From the NCBI GenBank assembly GCA_950097015.1, contig CATNEN010000028.1, positions 248,001-312,000 on the forward strand: a stretch of DNA of 64,000 bases, in the 5' to 3' direction. How positions within the stretch are numbered: position 1 is the stretch's first letter; the number at the start of each line of letters is the position of its first letter. This document shows, piece by piece, positions 24,201 to 36,342 of the stretch. The translations under genes and the position numbers were made by a program. This DNA comes from Macrostomum hystrix. Taxonomy: Eukaryota; Animalia; Platyhelminthes. A model generated the notes under the pieces. The model was not told the DNA's origin. It did no database searches and saw nothing but the letters and a program-made list of their open reading frames with translations.

Positions 24201-27200
24201 GCTGGCAGTGATAGCGAAAAGATCTGCGGACTTCTACGCGCCAGTCATCCGACTGTCTGCTCAGACTACAATTCTGATGCCGGCTGCAGGAGGAGCAGCT
24301 GTTCGGATATTCACATCTGCAACAATGTCACGCACAGGGAGAATAAGATTTCCAAGCAGCTATGTCCTTGTCACCGCAGCCACCAGTTGGAGCCGCCAGA
24401 TAAGGATCCCGAGACCTTTGCCAAATTGGCCAGATTCGGTTTGGATAGCGACGAGAAGCTCAGCTTCGTTGTCAGATCATTTCTGATACCGGCACCGCTG
24501 ATGAATAGGCTATCGAGTATGGCCTCTGCTCAAGCCGCACCTGCAGCTGCTGCTCAGGCGCTCCCAACTCGCGCTGAACCAGTGCCGCCGCCGCTGCCTG
24601 ACGTCTCGGACCGCGGCCTGAAGCTGCGCACCGTCTATGCTGCGCTGATTCGCCGCTGCGGCCAGGCGACTCCGTCGGAGCTGCTGACGGAGCTGCAGCT
24701 GCCGGCCGACTTTCCGCTGGAAAACTGGCGCGACAGCATCGACGAGCAGCTGAAGCCAGTGCAGAGCATGATTGACATCTACAAGGCTGCGGACAGCGGA
24801 CGCATCGTCAGCGTGAATGCGTTCCGCCGATTCCGCATCTGCCCGATGCACAACGGAGCCCCAAACTCGTGCCTGAAGGCCGACTGCTGCCAGCTGCACC
24901 TGTGCCTCTGGTTCCTGGCCGATCCTGATGGAAAAGTGCACGATAAGGCGAGTGAGGGCTGTGGCTGATGGCGTTGGGTAAATGAAATGATCCTGCTGCA
25001 TCCCGTGAATGAATGTGTCCTGCAGCATCCCGTGAATGAATGTGTCCTGCAGCATCCCGTGAATGAATGTGTCCTGCAGCATCCCGTGAATGAATGTGTC
25101 CTGCAGCATCCCGTGAATGAATGTGTCCTGCAGCATCCCGTGAATGAATCTGTCCTGCAGCATCCCGTGAATGATAGATTCTGCAGCTTCCCGTGAATGA
25201 TAGATTCTGCAGCTTCCCGTGAATGATAGATTCTGCAGCATCCCGTGAATGAATGTGTCCTGCAGCTACCCGTGAATGAATGTGTCCTGCAGCATCCCGT
25301 GAATGATAGATTCTGCAGCATCCCGTGAATGAATAGATTCTGCAGCATCCCGTGAATGAATGTGTCCTGCAGCATCCCGTGAATGAATGTGTCCTGCAGC
25401 ATCCCGTGAATGATAGATTCATCTCATGGAGTCACAGCTTCCCGTGAATGATAGATTCTGCAGCTTCCCGTGAATGAATATGTCCTGCAGCTACCCGTGA
25501 ATGAATGTGTCCTGCAGCATCCCGTGAATGATAGATTCTGCAGCATCCCGTGAATGAATGTGTCCTGCAGCATCCCGTGAATGAATGTGTCCTGCTGCAT
25601 CCCGTGAATGAATTTGTCCTGCAGCATCCCGTGAATGATAGATTCTGCAGCATCCCGTGAATGATAGATTCTGCAGCATCCCGTGAATGATAGATTCTGC
25701 AGCATCCCGTGAATGAAAAAAATTCTGCAGCATCCCGTGAATGAATGTGTCCTGCAGCATCCCGTGAATGATAGATTCTGCAGCATCCCGTGAATGAATG
25801 TGTCCTGCAGCATCCCGTGAATGATAGATTCTGCAGCATCCCGTGAATGAATGGAAGTGTACCCCGATAAAAAGTGTACCATATCGAGCACCGTTGTAAT
25901 GTCATTTGAAACTCATTTCTGTCGACTGAAACGCTTCTCAATCTCTTTCTTTAGTCTTCCTGCCGGCTGTGCCACGACCTCACCGGCCGCAACCACCGCA
26001 TTCGCAGCGCTCTGGGCATAGCAGACGGCCTGAGGCAGGGCGAGGTTCTGGACCTGCTGCGGGCCTGTCACCCCAAGGTGTGCTCAGACTACAACTCAGA
26101 CTCTGGCTGCCAGCGCTCAGAATGTCCAGACATTCACCTGTGCAACAATGTCACATACAGGAACTGTGGCCGCTGTAGTTGCCACAGGCAGCACACGCTG
26201 ATCATTGACGAATCCAACAAGAACAAACTGTTTCCATTCGACATGGACTCTCTGAACCCTGGCCATGTGCTCCGCGCTTTTTTAGTGCCCGCTCCGCTGT
26301 GTTGCACCGCCCCAGTCAAGGATCGGCACCCGAGTCTGCAAGGCAGTTCTAAAGCTCCGCCCTCGCTGCCTGCTTTTGGCTCCGCCACCGGCGGTCCGCC
26401 GCCGGTACCGCCATTGATGAGAGGGCCGCAGCAGCAGCACCCAATGGGGTAGGACTGGCTTGTCCCAGTGACTTTTCTACAGTTTTGTGCCTTAATCGTA
26501 ATTCATTCGTAAGTCTTTGTTCTGTACATGCAGTCGTCCAATCGGTGAGATCCAGTCTGGTGGTCCGCCGCACCTGCGCGGTCCGCATCCGGTCTATATG
26601 AACCTGCAGAGCAACCGTCAGAAGAAGCTAGCAGCAAGCAGTGTTCCGAACATAGCTAACTTGAGACTGCCGGGCGGTTCTGTTGCTTCGAATTCAGCTA
26701 AAACATTTCAGCAGCGACATCTGAAACAGCGTCAAGCGGCAGTTGCTCCCAGCCAAGTTGCTGCCGCAGCTGCTGCAGTCCCGCCGCCACCCGCAGCCGC
26801 CGCTGCCCCATCAAAGCCGCCACCTGCAGCCGCCGCTGCCCCATCAAAGCCGCCACCTGCAGCCGCCGCTGCGCCATCAAAGCCGCCACCTGCAGCCGCC
26901 GCTGCGCCATCAAAGCCGCCACCTGCAGCCGCCGCTGCGCCATCAAAGCCGCCACCTGCAGCCGCCTCCGCTCCCTCGGAGACCCTATGCGAGGAATTCC
27001 TTCGGCACGAATGCTACGAGCAGAGCTGCCCCAGACGGCACAGCCGCCACAAGCTGCCCTACCTGTGGCAGTGGCGGGCCGCCCGATGGCCGTCCAACAA
27101 ATGGAAGGACGCGGATCCAGTGCTGAATATCCAGCTTGAGGAGGCCTTCTGCCAGCCTGACCGGTCCGAATTTGTCACCACTGCGAGCGGCAGCGACTCG

Positions 27201-27704
27201 GAGTTCGTTGCCGAGTTTCCCGGCCAGCTGACAATGTTCTTCGGCCCCGGCCCCATGGAGATTCGAACCACCTCTGGCGCCTCTGGCAGCCTACGCTGCC
27301 TTCGCACTGACAGCCGCGTGGTGCTCCGCCAGCCTCTGGCCACGAACTGGCGCTGGTTCTTCCTCAGCGGCGGCGCCTGGATCCCCGTGGACAACCTGCA
27401 CGAGCCTGGCCTCAACGACCAACTCGAGGCTGCTCTCTGCCGCGGCGTCTCCAGCATCAGCGTCGGTGACTTCAACTGCGACGTCAGCCAGCTTTTGGTC
27501 ACTGTCCGAGGTCCGGGAGGCGTCAATCAGAAGCTACCGCTTCGACGCAGGCCAACGTTTAGAACCCTGCTTACGTCTGCGCCCATGCAGCCGCCGCTGC
27601 CCAGTAGCCCGCGCCCGCTATTCCAATTTCAACCGCGCCCGAATTTTCAACAGCCACCGCCTCACGGAGGCAGCTACTTGTTCAGCCGGCCTGGGTACGC
27701 TTAG
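18241..27704 (+). CDS. ZAP/PARP12-family (ZC3HAV1-like) gene B: 3 zinc-finger RNA-binding modules, acidic linker, Pro/Ala linker, CCCH-WWE-WWE, no PARP domain; 5' end not found; >=1240 aa
   Basis: Exons 18241-18733, 20969-21343, 21723-22145, 24180-24947, 25955-26448, 26534-27704 join in frame (phases 0,0,0,0,2); same motifs as gene A; several segments are near-identical inverted copies of A. Confidence 0.88.
19347..20588 (-). mobile_element. Tc1/mariner element (1242 bp) with 135-bp TIRs and TA TSD; transposase ORF 20410-19442, internally deleted; inside an intron of gene B
   Basis: TA|CACTCAGC...GCTGAGTG|TA; HTH region, [27 protein letters not shown]; the QDNA segment with the second catalytic Asp is missing. 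Confidence 0.95.
22268..24084. repeat. Intronic minisatellite, 45-bp unit (gtctttaggattcgccatcccgagttgtgaaatccccattctgga), ~40 copies
   Basis: Directly visible; fills intron 22146-24179 of gene B. Confidence 0.95.
24990..25855. repeat. Intronic minisatellite of mixed 26/27-bp units, expanded paralog of 6620-6950
   Basis: Visible; short junction sequence (atctcatggagtcac) near 25420 separates two blocks. Confidence 0.93.
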
Positions 27705-27855
27705 TCGTCCATTCCATTTTGATTGCCACGCCCTTCGCCCGTGTCTTGTTTTGCTAACACTGCCTCTTTCACCTTAATAATTGGTCCACCTTTCTCACCT
27801 GACGTTTGACTAATCCTAACCTACCTGTCATTTTCATCCCTACCCTGAACTTGTC

Positions 27856-28035
27856 GAATCACCTGTCATTTGATTGTTCCCTAATCACCTGTCATTTGAT
27901 TGTTCCCTAATCACCTGTCATTTGATTGTTCCCTAATCACCTGTCATTTGATTGATCCTTAATCAACTGTCATTTGATTGGTCCTTAATCACCTGTCATT
28001 TGATTGGTCCTAAATCATCTGTCAGTTGATCTTTA
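27856..28035. repeat. 26-bp tandem repeat (aatcacctgtcatttgattgttccct), ~7 copies, just 3' of gene B
   Basis: Directly visible. Confidence 0.85.
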
Positions 28036-28475
28036 CTTTATCGCCTGTATTTTAATTATCCAATCGTTAATCCCATTTCAGATATCCCCCAAATCCTCGC
28101 TGATACCCAGCCAACGTGTTTGGCCGAACCGTTTTAGTGGAGAGTACGGACATTACTCCTGATTTGAGGAATGCGGGTTTAATTTTAATTTATTTTTTAC
28201 TCTAAAACAAATTTTCTTATTGAAGTTTTTTCGAGGTAAATTATTTTTCACGTTTATATTAAATACAGTCGTGTAACTAACTTAAGCGATTGTATGATGC
28301 ATGAGAGAACGAGCTCAATATGACTTTGTCCATGGTAGAGTGGTTCAGGTGTCTGATTTAAATTTTTCTGGTGAGTTTCCATGATTGAAATAACGTCTGC
28401 CACCTTCTGAGAGAAAATTTACATTGTGTCGTTTTATTCCTGTTTTTACTGAGCTAATTTACTCGTAAAACCGAA

Positions 28476-29487
28476 CTAGCTATATAAATACTGGCTTCAG
28501 GCCTTAGGGCTGAGAAGAAGGCTAAAACACCTCTAGTCCATGGACAATCTATACTAGCTATATAAATACTGGCTTCAGGCCTTAGGGCTGAGAAGAAGGC
28601 TAAAACACCTCTAGTCCATGGACAATCTATACTAGCTATATAAATACTGGCTTCAGGCCTTAGGGCTGAGAAGAAGGCTAAAACACCTCTAGTCCATGGA
28701 CAATCTATACTAGCTATATAAATACTGGCTTCAGGCCTTAGGGCTGAGAAGAAGGCTAAAACACCTCTAGTCCATGGACAATCTATACTAGCTATATAAA
28801 TACTGGCTTCAGGCCTTAGGGGTGAGAAGAAGGCTAAAACACCTCTAGTCCATGGACAATCTATACTAGCTATATAAATACTGGCTTCAGGCCTTAGGGC
28901 TGAGAAGAAGGCTAAAACACCTCTAGTCCATGGACAATCTATACTAGCTATATAAATACTGGCTTCAGGCCTTAGGGGTGAGAAGAAGGCTAAAACACCT
29001 CTAGTCCATGGACAATCTATACTAGCTATATAAATACTGGCTTCAGGCCTTAGGGCTGAGAAGAAGGCTAAAACACCTCTAGTCCATGGACAATCTATAC
29101 TAGCTATATAAATACTGGCTTCAGGCCTTAGGGGTGAGAAGAAGGCTAAAACACCTCTAGTCCATGGACAATCTATACTAGCTATGTAAATACTGGCTTC
29201 AGGCCTTAGGGCTGAGAAGAAGGCTAAAACACCTCTAGTCCATGGACAATCTATACTAGCTATATAAATACTGGCTTCAGGCCTTAGGGCTGAGAAGAAG
29301 GCTAAAACACCTCTAGTCCATGGACAATCTATACTAGCTATATAAATACTGGCTTCAGGCCTTAGGGCTGAGAAGAAGGCTAAAACACCTCTAGTCCATG
29401 GACAATCTATACTAGCTATATAAATACTGGCTTCAGGCCTTAGGGCTGAGAAGAAGGCTAAAACACCTCTAGTCCATGGACAATCTG
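28476..29487. repeat. Minisatellite, 78-bp unit, ~13 near-identical copies
   Basis: 26-aa periodicity in the minus-strand translation; only a few variant positions (gct/ggt, one tat/tgt). Confidence 0.95.
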
Positions 29488-30069
29488 TCAAGCGCTTTAT
29501 TATTCTACATCATAAAGTTATATTAGCTGCTCATGATACTTTATCATTTAACATTTGCATTGCGCCTTTGTTTTTTCTGTCATTTTTCAAATTGGTCCAA
29601 ATATTTATTTATTTAGTGTTAATAGATAATAGCGCCTTTGTTACGCGCTTCCTCATTTTCGGCTTGGTGCAAAGTTATATATTTATTTAGCGTTAATATT
29701 CATGTTGTTTCAAAGCCAGACTTATGTTTAATAGCTCACACTCTTTACTCATTTTCTGACTATTTGTGCGTGAATTTTTAGTTTATACCTAAATTAGGCA
29801 TTAGAGCTTTAATTTTTGTTGCGACCCGTGCGTCTTCACGTTCAAATGATGATTATAACTTATATTATAATATTATTTGCTATGCAATACAATGGTATGC
29901 CGTACAGAATAGAATGACGCCCTTAAATGTTACAAAAAATTTTCAACATTCTTTCTTATCTTGCAAGCTAAGCTATAAATTACAAACTCTAGCACCTGCA
30001 GTGACGGCCTGTCACCATGGCCTTTCAGAATCATTCTCAGCCATGCATATTTATCAAATGCCATGGAGT

Positions 30070-32618
30070 TCTATCTAGAAACGGATAGATCGCAGCACTA
30101 TCTAGAAACGGATAGATCGCACCACTATCTAGAAACGGATAGATCGCAGCACTATCTAGAAACGGATAGATCGCACCACTATCTAGAAACGGATAGATCG
30201 CAGCACTATCTAGAAACGGATAGATCGCAGCACTATCTAGAAACGTATAGATCGCACCACTAACTAGAAACAGATAGATCGCAGCACTATCTAGAAACGG
30301 ATAGATCGCACCACTATCTAGAAACGGATAGATCGCAGCACTATCTAGAAACGTATAGATCGCAGCACTATCTAGAAACGGATAGATCGCAGCACTATCT
30401 AGAAACGTATAGATCGCACCACTAACTAGAAACAGATAGATCGCAGCACTATCTAGAAACGGATAGATCGCACCACTATCTAGAAACGGATAGATCGCAC
30501 CACTATCTAGAAACGGATAGATCGCACCACTAACTAGAAACAGATAGATCGCACCACTAACTAGAAACGGATAGATCGCAGCACTATCTAGAAACGGATA
30601 GATCGCACCACTATCTAGAAACAGATAGATCGCAGCACTATCTAGAAACGGATAGATCGCACCACTATCTAGAAACGGATAGATCGCACCACTAACTAGA
30701 AACAGATAGATCGCACCACTAACTAGAAACGGATAGATCGCAGCACTATCTAGAAACGGATAGATCGCACCACTATCTAGAAACAGATAGATCGCAGCAC
30801 TATCTAGAAACGGATAGATCGCACCACTAACTAGAAACAGATAGATCGCACCACTAACTAGAAACGGATAGATCGCAGCACTATCTAGAAACGGATAGAT
30901 CGCAGCACTAACTAGAAACGGATAGATCGCAGCACTATCTAGAAACGGATAGATCGCACCACTATCTAGAAACAGATAGATCGCAGCACTATCTAGAAAC
31001 GGATAGATCGCACCACTATCTAGAAACGGATAGATCGCACCACTAACTAGAAACAGATAGATCGCACCACTAACTAGAAACGGATAGATCGCAGCACTAT
31101 CTAGAAACGGATAGATCGCACCACTATCTAGAAACAGATAGATCGCAGCACTATCTAGAAACGGATAGATCGCACCACTAACTAGAAACAGATAGATCGC
31201 ACCACTAACTAGAAACGGATAGATCGCAGCACTATCTAGAAACGGATAGATCGCACCACTATCTAGAAACGGATAGATCGCACCACTATCTAGAAACGGA
31301 TAGATCGCACCACTATCTAGAAACGGATAGATCGCACCACTATCTAGAAACGGATAGATCGCAGCACTATCTAGAAACGGATAGATCGCAGCACTATCTA
31401 GAAACGTATAGATCGCACCACTAACTAGAAACAGATAGATCGCAGCACTATCTAGAAACGGATAGATCGCACCACTATCTAGAAACGGATAGATCGCAGC
31501 ACTATCTAGAAACGTATAGATCGCAGCACTATCTAGAAACGGATAGATCGCAGCACTATCTAGAAACGTATAGATCGCACCACTAACTAGAAACAGATAG
31601 ATCGCAGCACTATCTAGAAACGGATAGATCGCACCACTATCTAGAAACGGATAGATCGCACCACTATCTAGAAACGGATAGATCGCACCACTATCTAGAA
31701 ACAGATAGATCGCAGCACTATCTAGAAACGGATAGATCGCACCACTATCTAGAAACGGATAGATCGCACCACTATCTAGAAACGGATAGATCGCAGCACT
31801 ATCTAGAAACGTATAGATCGCACCACTAACTAGAAACAGATAGATCGCAGCACTATCTAGAAACGGATAGATCGCACCACTATCTAGAAACGGATAGATC
31901 GCACCACTATCTAGAAACGGATAGACACCACTATCTAGAAGCGGATAGATCGCAGCACTATCTAGAAACGGATAGATCGCACCACTATCTAGAAACGGAT
32001 AGATCGCACCACTATCTAGAAACGTATAGATCGCACCACTATCTAGAAACGTATAGATCGCACCACTAACTAGAAACAGATAGATCGCAGCACTATCTAG
32101 AAACGGATAGATCGCACCACTATCTAGAAACGGATAGATCGCACCACTATCTAGAAACGGATAGATCGCAGCACTATCTAGAAACGTATAGATCGCACCA
32201 CTAACTAGAAACAGATAGATCGCAGCACTATCTAGAAACGGATAGATCGCACCACTATCTAGAAACGGATAGATCGCACCGCTATCTAGAAACGGATAGA
32301 CACCACTATCTAGAAGCGGATAGATCGCAGCACTATCTAGAAACGGATAGATCGCACCACTATCTAGAAACGGATATATCGCACCACTATCTAGAAACGG
32401 ATAGACCACTATCTAGAAACGGATAGATCGCACCACTATCTAGAAACGGATAGATCGCAGCACTATCTAGAAACGGATAGATCGCACCACTATCTAGAAA
32501 CGGATAGATCGCACCACTATCTAGAAACGGATAGATCGCAGCACTATCTAGAAACGGATAGATCGCACCACTATCTAGGAACGGATAGATCGCAGCACTA
32601 TCTAGAAACGGATAGATC
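30070..32618. repeat. Minisatellite, 27-bp unit (ctatctagaaacggatagatcgcacca), ~94 copies
   Basis: Directly visible; 9-aa periodicity. Confidence 0.95.
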
Positions 32619-33373
32619 ACCACATGTATTTTATTTGGATTGTGCGGACCGCGGATTGAGGACAATAGAAGACACAGTCTGATAATTTGTTACGTTAGCT
32701 AAATTTTTGGCATGCAAGCAAGATGGTCAGTACTGTTTTTATGACCAAATAAAGGTACGACTAAAAGTAATTATTGAGCTTGTCACTATAAGAATAGGCT
32801 TTGGACGGTGCAACCAGTCAAACAAGTCTTTGTGTTTTTGCTTGCCTCGAGTTGAGTGTTATACTGCTGTTTCGTTTGCATTAAATATTTTCTCTATACG
32901 GGCTTAATTGTTCGCATGAAATGGCTCGCGGTATTTATAAGGAGAAGCTACACCTGGCTGCTTTAATCCACTTAATTTGCATCTTTCTCTATGCAAACCC
33001 TCAACAGTCTTCACTTTATGCTCATATTTCATCCATAGAAAACTAGAAGATGCCACAGGGGTTTAGACTGCTCGTCAAACCCGCAATGCAGCCTTTCTCT
33101 TCTCTCCTTCTCTCAATATTTCTCTCCAACAGTCCATGGCAACGGACCAAGCTATTTGAGTACATTCGCACATCTCTAATTCTATTCCAACTCGGGCAGG
33201 CACAAATAAATGCAGCCTATAAAAAAGCTAAATAGAGTTTCCAGCGAAGGAAGGGCGAATAAGAACTTTCTGGTTTCGTCTCGTTCAACGCACTGGTAAA
33301 AAAGGACAGACGGACTGAAAATTCACCAGAAGTCGCGGAATAGCCCACCAGAGCCTGAGGAGCCTACCAAGTC

Positions 33374-34453
33374 ATGTCTACTGCCGCAGTTGCCACCGCG
33401 AGTACGACAGCGGCAGCTTCCAGCGTCTCCTCTTCTGACGCAGTGCCCAAATCCGTAATCACCATCTGCATCCTGGTAGCCGGCTTCGTGATCGGCGTGC
33501 TGGTGGCCAAGCTTGTAAACTATTGCTACAACCGGGCCGACGTGCCAGACAACGCCAGTGACATCAGCGAGCACACCAAGGGCCTGCTGCGCATCCAACT
33601 GGCCCTGCTGAAGATGGGCAAGTCCAGCGGCTTCGGCGGCGCAGACGCTGGCGGCGATCCGGAGGAGACGAAGCGGCAGCAGCAGGCCACGGTGCTGAGC
33701 ATGTGGAAGATGAAGGCGATGAACAAAGCGGCTGCCGTGCAGAAGACTCAAGAGGAGACAGCTGGAGGCGCAGCAACGACCGTCCAGATTGTCAACGAGG
33801 CCGACGCTGATGGGAACAAGAAGGCTGGTGCGGCTGCTGGCGGCAAGAAGGGAGGAGCCGGTGGAAAAGCTGGTAAGCAGGAACTGCAACAGAACAATCA
33901 ATTAACGGGCATTCACCATCAGGGCACGTCCTGAACTTCGTTTGGCAGGGATCGACAAGATTCCAGAGACCCAGTTCTGATTTTCTTGTTAGAAAGCTTG
34001 AAAGTTAGACTCTTTTATCGCAAAGTTCAATTTAATTTTTTAGCAGGTGCCAACACCAAGCCGAAGCCAGTGGTGAAGCCGAAGAAGCTGTTTCCGAACT
34101 CCCTGTCCGGTGTTGCACCAAAGGAGGCGTCGTCCAACAATGCGCAGTCGTCGGCAGCAGCTATAGCAACGTCAGCCACATCAAAGAACGCCGGCTCCTC
34201 GACGGCCAGAGACAGACCAGACAGTGTCGCTTCCAAGCCGAAGACGGAAAAGTCAGCTCCGCCTGCTGCGGCTTCCACTTCGGTGACGACACCGGGGACC
34301 GCTAATATGCCATCGGGCTCCGCGACGTCTAAGACAGTCTCGGCCAAAGCGAAGCCGCCGATGTCGAGAAGTCAGACGCCGACAACGGCTACAGTTGGCG
34401 GCGGAAAGTTAAAGACTAGCAGTGATCCGAGCAGTCCGAAGTCGAATGCCTAG
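33374..34453 (+). CDS. Single-pass membrane protein with low-complexity Ala/Ser/Lys cytoplasmic tail, ~301 aa (exons 33374-33872, 34047-34453)
   Basis: TM segment VITICILVAGFVIGVLVAKLV; GCTG|GTAAGC donor and TAGCAG acceptor, phase 1. Confidence 0.72.
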
Positions 34454-35059
34454 TTGGGGCCTCAGTGTGCAGTCATATTAGTACCAGTAATTTGTGTTGC
34501 ATCGCAGTTTTCGTAGTGTGTTTAGTCCTTGATCGCTAATTTAAACCGGCGCCAAAAGAAAAGTTTACAACTGCTCGCAATTGGGATTCGTATACTCATT
34601 CCTGTCTCATCCGCATTTAGAAATCCCGATTGAGAAAGAGAAACGGTTGCCTTAAGATCATTTTTTGCTCTTTGTAAATTTTCGATGAATCTAGAAACTC
34701 TCGGACTGGCTGCCAGCCCCACACCCCTTTCAGCCCCCCCAATGCATATGCTTAAAGGGTAATTGAAATGTTAAAAATGTAGAAACAGAGAAAAATGAGC
34801 AGCTTTTCTGTCACGCGATTCTGTCATGAGCCTGCTCATGCACGCCTGGAATGCCCATGCATTGTATATTTAGTAAAGCGCATATATTGATAATTCATGG
34901 CATGGCAAAAAAATAGTGTTTCTAAACTAGCTGCCTTCGCTACCCTCTGGGTAGCCTCCCTGTGAGTTCTTATCAGTTCGTTATCAAAACTGGCTCTGAT
35001 GCAATCATTAAAATTGGCACTGGAGGCCTCACTGTGCACAAGCTGAAAACAAGAATGCA

Positions 35060-35270
35060 TTAGAAAAGCCTATTTAAAACTGTTTTTCGAATATTTAATC
35101 CCCTTGGCAATGGAATTAAGCTTAATAAAAACACGTGTACCGATTCGGGACCATTTGTGATCTTTTGGCGAAGGAATTGTGAAAATCGGTTAAGCCGTTC
35201 GGGAGCTAGTCGATTGCAAACAAGCAAGCAAGCAAGCAAGCAAGATTTTCATTTTTAGTATATTAGATAG
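35060..35270. mobile_element. Dispersed repeat with Helitron/Helentron-like 3' end; second copy at ~39380-39570 in the same orientation
   Basis: Shared tttcgaatatttaatccc...aagcttaataaaaa...gaaaatcggtt(a/g)agccgttcgggag...(caag)n...tttcatttttagtata. Class assignment is by resemblance only. Confidence 0.55.
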
Positions 35271-35364
35271 CAAGTTTTGCCCCCCTTCGGGGAGCAGAAA
35301 TATTTTGATTTCGTCCAGTATACACTTTTTAGCAGCTGCATTTTCAGCCTTTTTACGCTACAAT

Positions 35365-36335
35365 GATCAGTTGACAATGATCCCCCAGTTGATAAAGATC
35401 CCCCAGTTGACAATAATCCCCCAGTTGATAATGATCCCCCAGTTGACAATGATCCCCCCGTTGACAATAATCCCCCAATTGATGATGATCACGCAGTTGA
35501 TTATGATCCCCCAGTTGACAATAATCCCTCAATTGATGATGATCACGCAGTTGACAATGATCCCCCAGTTAATGATGACTCCCCATTGATGATGATCCCC
35601 AGTTGACAATGTTCCCACAGCTGACAATGATCCCCGAGTTGACAATAATCCCCCAATTGATGATGATCACGCAGTTGACAATGATCCCCCAGTAAATGAT
35701 GACTCCCCATTGATGATAATCTCCAGTTGACAACGTTCCCCCAGTTGACAATGTTCCCACAGTTGACAATGATCCCCCAGTTGATGATGATCAACAAGTT
35801 GACAATGATCCCCCCAGTTCACAATGATCCTCCGGGTGATGATAAACCCCCAGTTGACAATGATCCCCAGATGACAATGATCCCCCAGTTGACATTGACA
35901 ATGATCTCCCAGTTGACAATGATCCCCCAGTTGACAATTATCCCCCAGTTAACCATGATCCCGCATTTGATGATGACTCCCCAGTTGACAATTATCCCCC
36001 AGTTGACAACTATCCCCCCGTTGACAATGATCCTCCAGTTGACCATGATCCCCCAGTTGACGATTATCCCCCAGTCGACAATTATCTCTCAGTTGACTAT
36101 GATCCCCCATTGATGGTGATCCCAGTTGACAATGTTCCCCCAGTTGAACATGATCCCCTAGTTGACAATGATCCCCTAGTTGATTATGATCCCGCATTTG
36201 GTGATGTTTCCCCGTGACAATTGTCCCCCAGTTGACAATTATCCCCCAGTTGCCAATGATCCTCCAGTTGACAATGATCCCCCAGTTGACAATTATCCCC
36301 CAGTTTACCATGATCCCCCAGTTGACGATTATCCA
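35365..36335. repeat. Degenerate minisatellite, ~18-bp unit (agttgacaatgatccccc)
   Basis: Visible; QLTMIP periodicity in translation. Confidence 0.9.
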
Positions 36336-36342
36336 CCAGTTC

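Noticed and set aside
6985-24947. Interleaved SNP sharing among the three near-identical segments as proof of gene conversion
   Set aside because: Private mutations in each copy give the same pattern; only the contrast with the divergent neighbouring halves is informative.
28476-29487. CRISPR-like appearance of the 78-bp array (and other arrays)
   Set aside because: Units are contiguous and near-identical with no unique spacers; no cas genes; eukaryotic context.
27705-33300. A downstream PARP catalytic exon for gene B (and 2600-4800 for gene A)
   Set aside because: No H-Y-E type motifs (LFHGT, YG.G.YFA) seen in any frame; only repeats and AT-rich DNA.
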